Shown here: in pieces, positions 40,860-51,100 of the stretch
Layout: every line of letters starts with the position of its first letter
Numbering within the stretch: the stretch's first letter is position 1
Notes under the pieces: generated by a model
What the model saw: only the letters and a program-made list of their open reading frames with translations
What the model was told of the DNA's origin: nothing
Database searches by the model: none
Made by a program: the position numbers and the translations under genes
Assembly (NCBI GenBank): GCA_964035545.1
Contig: OZ037770.1
Coordinates: forward strand, 13,382,642-13,446,641
Length of the DNA: 64,000 nt
Direction of reading: 5' to 3'
Origin: Bugula neritina
Lineage: Eukaryota > Animalia > Bryozoa

Positions 40860-41559
40860 AATTTGATGATTGCACAAAATTAATTGCTACTATCACTATC
40901 AATATGAGTATCACACTTACTTAAAACAGTAAATGTAGTTACTGATTACTTATGTTAACTACAAGTTAGTAGACCTAGTAGAAGTCAGTATTGGGTAGAG
41001 TACTAGTAGGACTACTCAGTAGAGTAGAGTACGGAGAGTCACTGAGTGAGTAGTCGACTAGTCGTAGACCGAGACGTAGCACTAGTACTGAGACTGAGAG
41101 TATCACTATCAGACTCAGTACAGGTTACTGAAGGCCACACCGAAGGACTAAATTTTATTTTTCTATTTATATAACTAATTTCAAACTAAAATTATAGCAA
41201 ACTTCAGCGTACTAAAATTGCAAATTCTATTTGCTACAAAGTTGTTAAAAGTGGGCTACTTAAATTTTCAAGTTCATTGAATCAATGAACCGCTGATGTA
41301 AGCGTTGTCAATAAAATGTATGTCCTTGGCACAGCAAAATTTTGAGCTCTGCTCATGTTTTGCGATTATTAAATATAGCCAAATAGTATTTAAATTTACC
41401 TCATTGAAGATTATAGGGTTATAAACAGCGGTTCCCGTATATGTTTCTTTACACAGTTTCCTAGTTATTAAACACGCTCGAAAACCAACATAAGTATAAC
41501 CAGCATTTTATTTGTTTTGTGTATTTCTTTGCCATACAAAATTATTTCCAAGTGTAAGC
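40860..41559. promoter_or_regulatory. Probable bidirectional promoter region between FARSB and NIP7
   Basis: Divergent start codons only 700 bp apart. No individual elements are assigned. Confidence 0.6.
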
Positions 41560-44500
41560 ATGCGGCCATTAACTGACGAGGAAACGAAAACTTTCTTTGA
41601 AAAGCTATCACATTAGTAAGTAAATGATATTTTTAATTTTATATTCGAAGCCGAGCCCGAAGGTCTACACTTACAGTTACTGTTAGTGTTACAGTCCATT
41701 TTGATTATGATAATGATTACGGTTGCCATACTGATACCAGGTTTGGGATCAATTACGTATGAATGTAATTAATTGCAATTACAATATCATGAAAAATTGT
41801 CAATTACAATTATAATTACATTTAGAATAAATGTAAATAATTACAGTTGCAATTACTTTTGTTGTCACAGGAGACAAATAAAAGTTATATAATCTCACTT
41901 CTGGGGTCCAACTACCCAGGGCAATTTTGACAACGGAAAACCTTCCTTGTTCTCAACAGTAACGAATCGGGTGATAAATACAATATTAAATTAATCTGAA
42001 CTTTTTATTAAACAGTAGGCAAGGCAGGAAGAATATGAATTTTATAAGATTTAAAATTTTGAAGTAATTGTTATGTAATTATAAAGTAAATGTAAAATCC
42101 AATTACATTAGCAATGTAGTTAATTACAATTACATTTTTATGCATCAATTACAAATCACATTCAATAACTTGAAAAAATGTAATTAATTACAGCCAATTA
42201 CGAATTCCAATTACCCCAACCCTGACTGATACGCCATTGTGATTGTCATTGCAGTTATTGTCATTGTGATTGTCTATTAATAATAGTATTACTACCAGTA
42301 TCACTATTAGTGCAAGTCTTATTATTGGTATTGTAGTTTAGTTATGGCTATAACAATAACTTATCTATATCAGCAGCAAAATTCAAATTGTGTTGGACAT
42401 TCAGTTTTACATAAAAATTGAAATATTTAATTAATTAATTTCAAATTCATCATGATCATTATCATAACCCTCATGATCATAAACATGAAAATTTAATTAT
42501 TAAATATAATACTAATAGCAATAGCAATAAGTGACAAGCATATAGGGGAGTGTTTATTAAAATAGTTATATTATTACTACTCAGTCCAACTACTAATAGT
42601 AATACTTGAAAATTAATATGATTATTTGCAATTAAGTGCAATTAAATGTCATTATTTAGGTTTTTTTGAAACATTTGACTTTAAATAGTACTAGGACCTA
42701 CTCATGTTAATTCAAGTTATTTCAAGTGCTGATTTATATTTATTAACACCCAAATTGAATAGGTTGTTTTGTTATTAAATATATTTATAACGGGTAAAAA
42801 TTGGCGCTTGTACTTATAGATATATTGCAAAACATTCAGGCCTGTGCTATAATCAATTTGATAAATTACTGGTGTAGGCGTTGTCAATAAAATTAGCACT
42901 GTTAGTGATTTGGCAGAGCAAAAATGTATGTAAATATGTGATTTTTGCTATCTGGTGCAGATTCAGCTGCACATAGTTATGTGTAAAAAAGCAAGTATAT
43001 TTCCACTGATCCCATGCCCATTTTTACCAATCAAGTTTTAATATGGTGTAGTAATAGTTTGCTTCAAGTTTTATTCTTGATTTTTCGCTTTAAAAAAAGT
43101 TTTTTACTTTTTACTTTTTGTTATTTATATCTAGTTTATCTAATAGCCAATGTACTCGGTCAAATTGCCAACTTATTTACGTTCATTTAAATTTGTGACC
43201 TGTTACGTAGCTACAATGTTTTCCTCTCCCAGATTTAACTGATACTAAGTTGAAGTTATCAGCACATTCATGTAATCAGTCTTAGTGCTCACATATTTAT
43301 ACGTTATAAAGGAGATGATTAGAACCAGGAAATACACTATTATTGTAATATTATAATATTGCAGTATTGGGGAGAACATAAAGCTTCTGATAGACAGACC
43401 AGATGGTGTCTACTGCTTCAGATACCACAAAGACAGAGTCTACTACTGCAAGTGAGTTTAAAGTATTTCATATAGAATTTATGAGATCTGTAGCAACTGA
43501 TGAAATATTTCTTTTGAATGATAAAATTTGCTGTAAAAATGTTCCACTGTTGGCACATATATTGTAGGATTTTAAGCAAACACCTAAGTTTTAGTCTATC
43601 TCAACATTAGTAATAATTAGGAAGATATTCATACACAAATACATGCAATATAATGTTAGAAATATATATTAAAACCCCAACAATGTATTTATATAATTAT
43701 TAACTGCTCATTAACTAACATTTTAAACTGTAAATATATATTTGTTTTATAAACGTGTATGAGTTTCTTGAAAATATATTTCTATCAACTCTTGAGCAAA
43801 AAACTTCCAACATATTGTGGACTCATGACAAAATGAATGAGTTTGACACAAGAACTCTAGAGAGTTTCGACAAGGATGAATCAAGTGAGTTAAGGATCTG
43901 AAGTCTCGAATGTATATTCTGGGTAAACGGACTGGGAGGGCCGTCGGCATGGCTTACAGAGTAGAATACTCGTCTTGTATTTCCTCTTGACACCACAGAA
44001 CTCGTGCCGACAAGCGAATAGAAACAGGGCTATCATCAGGATCTCTATGATTACAGAGCTGACCAGCAGTGTTAGAGATATCTCTATGTTGAAGATGTTC
44101 TGGCACTGCTGCAGTGTAGCGCCCTCTGTGCCTATGATATGGAAGTAGCACTCTACTCCGAGATGTATTGGGTACACAGCCACTATAGCCACTACACCAG
44201 CCACTACTGCAATGAGCAACATTAGCCACTCTCTGCACGGATCATATTGACTGTCGGCCTCATAGCCGTACTCGTCCGCCATCTTGGAACTGGGAGGTGT
44301 TTCCGGTGATGGTGGTGGCTTCTCCCCAGTGTCAGCTGGTGACGGTGGTTCCACTTCGGCCATTTTTGTCTAAAAAAAACATTTACTAGTTCAAAATTGA
44401 TCTTAAAACTGGTAATATTCGTTTGTTAATATATTTTTAAAATGCTTACAAGCATAATTATGCTTCACAGCTTACAACATTTCATTGTAAAGTGTCCTGA

Positions 44501-47181
44501 ATGAGCCGGCTTTAGCAATAAAAGCTATACTTGTTATGTGAAGGTATTTTGAGTCTACTGACATAAAAACTAGTAAAACATGTGTAATAAAATTCTACTC
44601 TGCATAACTGAATCTGTAGGTTTAACACTGGATAGACACTGAAATCATATATAGCATTAGCATTCAGTATTACATTGAATGAAATATGGAATTACTCTGC
44701 TAGGGAGTGGTTTTTTAATTGAGAAATTAACTTCTACTTAGTTTGTTCAATTCTTGTTAGTTTGCTTTTATTGCATAATAAACTATGAAATACTTAACTC
44801 ACAACTAGCAATTAATGTTATTATATTATGAGTTGTAGCTAAGCATTTCTTTATTGTTTATTAGTATAGTTGAAGCTAGTTTAATAAAATTTTATTTGAA
44901 GTATATATATATATATATATATTATGATTATTTTACCTGCCCAGTATGCAGCACCTGTCAGAATGATAGAGAGGCTAAGAGCTGCTGCCGCTGCAGTCAC
45001 CAACTGCGTAATGACAATTATTTCTTGGTTATAGTCTTTGTGAGGTTGAGTTAAAGCATTATAATCTGTCAATAGGTCTTCAGGGATAATTCAAAGGCTT
45101 AATTATGAATTCTAGGAGGCACCTATTGTTGTATTTTGCTGCAATAGCAACCGCCTCGAGTGTTTACATTTCACACTTTCCCTATTCAGTCTAATCATTA
45201 TTTTAGGGCTTAGGCTGAATAATAGTGGCTTTGATTATTGATCATAATTTAATACTAGTAAAATAATAGAATAATAAATTAAGGCTTTCGTAATGCTTCT
45301 ATACATAAGATACGCTGACCTATCATCAAATGAGTAGTTCCCAGTAGAAGCTAGTAACTAATTTTCTTCACTCATTGTTCATTGTCTTATCCATGAGTCT
45401 GGAATATTTTAAAGAAAAACAACATAAAAATGGACTATAGAGCTAATTTTGCTCGAATTAAACACTTGGCATGCTTATATTTAGAGGCTTAGCACTGAAT
45501 ATATATTTCCCTGTTAGCTAGTTGAATGTGCTAAGGATGCTTTAAGTTTTGGTTATTTTGGTGATGAGGTGTTTGATTTACAAGTTGTTTGGTTATCGGA
45601 TTACTGTTAGATGTATACATAAATATTATATGCCAGTAGTTACAAGGTAATACTTATTCTATGGTGTTATTAGGACTAGATTTTTTGCAAAGTATATTGA
45701 CTGGCTAGGCTTGCATATTGACTGACTGTGATTGTATATTTCACTGACTGTGATTGTATATTTACTAGCTGTGCTTGTATATTCACTCACTGTGCTTGTA
45801 TATTCACTGACTGTGATTGTATATTCACTGACTGTGATTGTATATTCACTGATTGCGATTGTATATTCACTGACTGTGATTGTATATTTACTGACTGTGC
45901 TTGTATATTCACTGAATTTATTTGTAGAGAAACACTCATGAAGTTTGCCTCCAACTTTGGAAGAGACCATCTCATTAGTTTTGGCACAAACTTTGGCAAG
46001 TTCACAAAAACTGGCAAATTTCGACTTCACGTCACGGCGCTAGACTTTCTTGCTCCATACGCCAAGGTGGGTGAATTCGGACCAACTCTAGATATACACG
46101 GTGGTAAAGGAGTATTTTCTCAGACTCAAGCGTAGGTTTTCTCTTTTTTTGTGTCTTGCTGTATTTGAGTGTTCCATTCTCACAGAGACGACAACTCTCA
46201 TGAATTGTAAAATACTTGCAAATCTATTGGAATATATTATTACATTTCCTGGTTCCTGTGGAAGGACAACTCTCACCAATGTATATGCTGTTTCATATGA
46301 CTGAGTTATACAGTATGCTATTACACTCACACCAACATTTCAACACGTGTCTAAATGTTGATAATCTGTAGATGTACACGTCTGCGTTTCTAATGTCAAC
46401 ATTTCAAATCTCATCACAGACATCCGCAGACCCTTAATTGATGTAGTGTTACTTTAGTTTAGCAATGGTATAGTCTTGGAGTCATCAGCTTTACCCATAT
46501 ATGCGATTTGTCTTGAGTTACTAATTTCAACTCTAGAGTGTCACTAGGGAAATATTTCCGTTCAGGAATTGTCTTCTTTGTGCCCACTGATCTCTACAAT
46601 AAAGCCTGTGTGTGTTACAGTTTAAAGTGTGGTTGAAGTCCACTGCCGAGCAGACGTTTCTCTACGGGCATCACGTCATGAAGTCTGGTCTGGGTCGTAT
46701 CACGGAGAACACTGAGCAGTATCAGGGGGTTGTGGTGTACAGCATGTCCGACGTGCCTCTGGTGAGTGGATAGCAGTATGTGGGGAGGGGGGTTATCTAC
46801 TATTTCTGTAGGCTTGCTTCTCACCTAGCAAAAAAAGTGTTTATTGTTGCGAATTGTGTCTAAACTTGTGTTCTAGTCAGTATTACCATAAGTAGTATTT
46901 TAGTAGTCATAGATTTTAATTCAATAGACAAAAGTTCTTCCCCAGTAGTGATGATGAGAGGGGCGTTTAGCTCATGCGTCCTCATCATTATGAATATATC
47001 TTTTTGTAATCTTTGTGGCTGCACTATTCAGCCATATTTCAACACGCTGTTGGTATTTCAGGGGTTTGGAGTGGCGGCGAAGAGCACAGCTCAGTGCAGG
47101 ACCTCCGACCCGATGAACATCGTCATATTTCACCAGGCAGACATTGGCCAGTATATCAGAGAGGAGGATACACTGATTTGA
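41560..47181 (+). CDS. NIP7: 60S ribosome subunit biogenesis protein NIP7
   Basis: Exons 41560-41615, 43365-43451, 45928-46066, 46621-46761 and 47062-47181: [33 protein letters not shown]...[25 protein letters not shown]...[19 protein letters not shown]...[17 protein letters not shown]. Confidence 0.97.
41738..42224. mobile_element. Non-autonomous hAT-type DNA transposon, 487 bp
   Basis: Perfect 8-bp TSD ACTGATAC (41730-41737 and 42225-42232); TIR CAGG(T/G)TTGGG...CCCAACCCTG; many subterminal AATTAC/GTAATT motifs. Confidence 0.9.
43890..44363 (-). CDS. Nested antisense ORF in NIP7 intron 2: 157-aa protein with two predicted TM helices
   Basis: GC-richer island in AT-rich flanks; aaaATGG start context; acceptor ttttttttAG 6 nt upstream; hydrophobic segments [23 protein letters not shown] and [24 protein letters not shown]. 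Confidence 0.7.
   Translation of the reverse strand: MAEVEPPSPADTGEKPPPSPETPPSSKMADEYGYEADSQYDPCREWLMLLIAVVAGVVAIVAVYPIHLGVECYFHIIGTEGATLQQCQNIFNIEISLTLLVSSVIIEILMIALFLFACRHEFCGVKRKYKTSILLCKPCRRPSQSVYPEYTFETSDP
45720..45915 (+). repeat. 21-bp minisatellite (actgactgtgattgtatattc) directly upstream of NIP7 exon 3
   Basis: About nine copies ending about 12 nt before the acceptor at 45927. Confidence 0.92.
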
Positions 47182-47269
47182 GTTACACTCAAGTCATACC
47201 TAGCCGCTCCTGTTCTCATTCAAGTCATGCATATGACAACTGAGTAGTACTTAGTAATTCTGAGTATGA

Positions 47270-47382
47270 CTTAATACTGAGTTTAATACTTGGTAATACT
47301 GAGTAATACTTGGTAATACTGAGTAATACTTGGTAATACTGAGTAATACTTGGTAATACTGAGTAATACTGAGTAATACTGA
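47270..47382. repeat. 20-bp repeat (taatactgagtaatacttgg) in the NIP7 3' region
   Basis: About five copies. Confidence 0.85.
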
Positions 47383-48100
47383 TAAGGACCAAGGCTGTAT
47401 TTAAAGGCTGTTATTTTTGTTAAAATGTAAAATTTGACATTTACTTGGTGTGCTACATTTTCACTTCCCTTTTGTTGTAAAACTGTTAAACTAATTTTTC
47501 AATTTTGCTGGTAATAACTATCCTTAGAATTGTCTGCTCCTGTACATATATCCATGAGGTTTTTCACTAAACTTTGACATTTACATTATACATAATACAC
47601 ATTGTGAAGGGCAAACTGTAAGCATTTTTGTCTTTTTCCCTGTAAGTTTTGTCCAGTTATGTATTCTTTAATCGCCAATAAATTTTTATTGCTTGTAAAC
47701 TGCTAAACATGTTGTGTTCTCTTCTCTGTAATATTGTAGCTCATTGCACAGCGTTAATAAATCAACTTGAAAATTCAAGGAGTTATTTTTCCTTTGTGTA
47801 AAAGTTGTTGAATTTGTCATTTAATTGTAACAATGTTTTATAAAAATTCATTTTGCTGTCTGGCCAGGCTAGTTAATCACATGTTACTTTAGTTTGTAAT
47901 TGGCTATACTAATTATTTGAAAAACTTCAAAGTTAGTATTAGCTGTGATTTTGCTAGCAGAATCTTTCTACACTTGTGCGTCAGCTCTACCTATACTTGC
48001 ATTTCATTCGTTCAACTCACTCAAGAAATAAGATATTAGATTAGAAAACTTATTTATTTAAAGTTTTCTAGATCTTTCTATAGGAAAGTGAACTAGTTTA

Positions 48101-51100
48101 TTATCCAAAGATGGAGTTGGTGCAAACTTTCCTTCTGGTGGCACAGCAGTGAGTCTTTGTGATAGACTGATCACAGTAGTTTTCTCTGTCTGTCTGTGTG
48201 GCCAGGAAACTGACGCATCTCTTGCCATTGATCTTCATAGAGGGGTTGTCTTGGCAGGTAGAATCACAGCCTGCAGTGAAATTCAAAGAGGAAACTGACT
48301 GAGACAAAAGTATTGCAAATTATTTGAATAAAATTCTAGCTAGTAGAAAACTCACTAATATATTATTATAAACTTGTGTAGAATCAAGTCTAGAAATTGC
48401 AGTCAGTTTCATGACATGATATGATGAAAAACACAATATGATAGGATTGTTTTCTAAGAACCTGTTTGTAATAAAACTTGGACATCTTTTGAAGCAGCTC
48501 ACATTTGGTGGTCATTGAGTGCAGTGGTTCCCTGTCTATACAAACATTACACTCAGTGACCCCAACATTGTGCTGCTTCTAGAAATTCTCGTAGTTTCTA
48601 TACTTACTCTCGGTTATCCAATGATATCCTTTACACACTCTAGCCCGAGTGCTGCAACAGTGCTGGATGATAGTCGGGTTGTCACAGTAGTTCCGTTTAT
48701 TGGAAGACGAAGAGAGAAGGTTGCTACAGGACTGGCCGTTGATTCTCATGTTGGGAGTATCAGAACACGGTTTACCTGCAACGCAAACTTTCTTAGAATA
48801 TGCAGATGAGCATTAGTAACTATTATACTAGCAATATTTAGACCTTCTGCATAGTTATGACAATTTGACATGAATGGCAAGTTGACATGTATATGACAGG
48901 TTGACATGAATGGCAAGTTGACCTCTATGACACTATGGCAGGGTGACATGTTCACCTGTTGACATGTCAGTATATTTCCATGTATGACACTGTGACACAT
49001 GGCATGCAGGTGTGTTGAATCAGCTTAAGTCAACATTTCACTGCCTAGGGCAAGTCTTATCAGTTTGATACAATATATAACACAGTTTAGGATAATATAG
49101 TATAAAATAGTAAAGCATAGCAATAGTAATGGTAGGAATAATAGTGAATATAATAGCAATAGTCACAGTAATAATAAAGTATAGTAGGTAAGAGTAATAG
49201 TAAAGTATGATAATAGTAACCATAATAATACTATTCGTAATAATAATAGTACATAACACTAATAGTATAATTATGTTCATGATAATTATACATTAATTAT
49301 TATACAATTAATTATGCTATTTTATGCTTTACCTCATTAGCCTGGCTACGTTTATTCTTACCACAGTTGGCTGAAGTTGGTGGAACGTATGGTTTCTCTG
49401 TAGTTCTACTGGCCACAGTGAATCTGTTCACAGGTGGTGCTGGTTTGGGAGTGTTCACCACTGACCCGTCACAGGATATTGGTGTGGCGCGGCAATATTT
49501 GTACTTTGACTAAACCGAAAAAGGTAATGTAATGAAAATAATAAAAATGGGGCAACATATACTACAAGATGCACTAGTAAATATTCGTTAGTTTTAGTAT
49601 ATCTGATCTTCATCCTTCATGCAAGCATTATTTCTTGACCTTTGAAGCATGAAAAATGTATCGCCTGGTTGTTCGGTGGGTTGGTGTTACGCAACAATGC
49701 CACACTTACCTCACAACAGTATCGGCTGACTACATCAGATGTACAACTAGATTTTCCACTAGAGGAACTTAGCAGATCTTTGCAGCTTTTTTGATTGATA
49801 AGGATATTGGGACTGTCTCCACTGCAACCTGTGATTATGATTATAAGAAACTGAGGCTATATCGAGTTTGTGTGCTATTTCACAGCGATTTGCTTGTATT
49901 TAGGAACATAATATACATTACTTAAATATTACTTGCACATACTTACTCATGCACGTATAAGCCTTACCAAAAATATTTGTAATAAATAACATCAAAATTA
50001 CAAATGAAGTAAATAAAATAAAATAAAATTTAGCTGTAAATGTTTCAAGTTTCTTGGACTAGAAGCTTCAAAAGAGAAAGCAATTGAAAGAAGATCAAGC
50101 ACTTACAAAATAGGTCAGATGACACAATATAAATTAGACTCATGTGGGTTTATATATTGGATTTAGTCAAACTTTTTTAAAGTTTAATACTTTAGTACAA
50201 CTCTTTGGCGCATCAGCAAATGTTTATAAAGGCTCTGCAGTGAAACCTAACTTTTACATGATGTAATGATACAGAACCTGTTTACCTGCGGGCTATGTTA
50301 CTTACTAGGATCTCTCTGACAATACTACAAGTTTATAATGGGTATTTATAGTATTATAGTGTGTAGACATATTATATGTTTGATTTCATGTATTTGCTAA
50401 AGTAAAAGTTTAGCCTGAGGGATGCCGTAGGTTCAACCATTTTTTATATTCTGATAATAAAACTTACCTGCAAGTTTAAAACATTTTAGTAAAACTAACC
50501 CTTTGGGGTCCACAGTATGAGCCTTCTGCTGCAGGGGTTTTGCTGGAGCACCTGTTGCCATTAGTCTTACACATCAAACCGAGGCAGATTTGGTCATTTC
50601 CTGAGTCGATGCCTGTCAACAGGTGCTTGTACATAGGTTGTAAACCGCAAAGTTATTAGCAAATTAGTAAATTATTCACAAGGCTTACCCCCTATTCACA
50701 CTTACCGTATCGTACGCCGTAACAGCAAATATCAGCCATTTTTAATGTGTCCGGGCTGAAGTTTTCAAAGTCCGCTATTAGGTACGACACTTCATTGGAC
50801 AATTATATCCAATGAATTAACGCATAAGTTTTTCTGTCCAATAGGAGTCTGCCGCAACATATTTGAATCAAGCAGTGCTTGATTCTACCGTACCGCAATA
50901 CCGTACAGGAAGCTCAGACATTTGTAAAAATGGCTGATATTTGCTGTTACGGCGTACGATACGGTAAGTGTGAATAGGGGGTTATTGCTTAGAAAAATAA
51001 AACAAGTTTATTTTTGTAGCTAGAGTCAAGCCAGTTATTCCAAAATTATGAGCTGCAGAAAGTTATTTGCTTTTGAAAAAATATATAGATCAATATGGGA

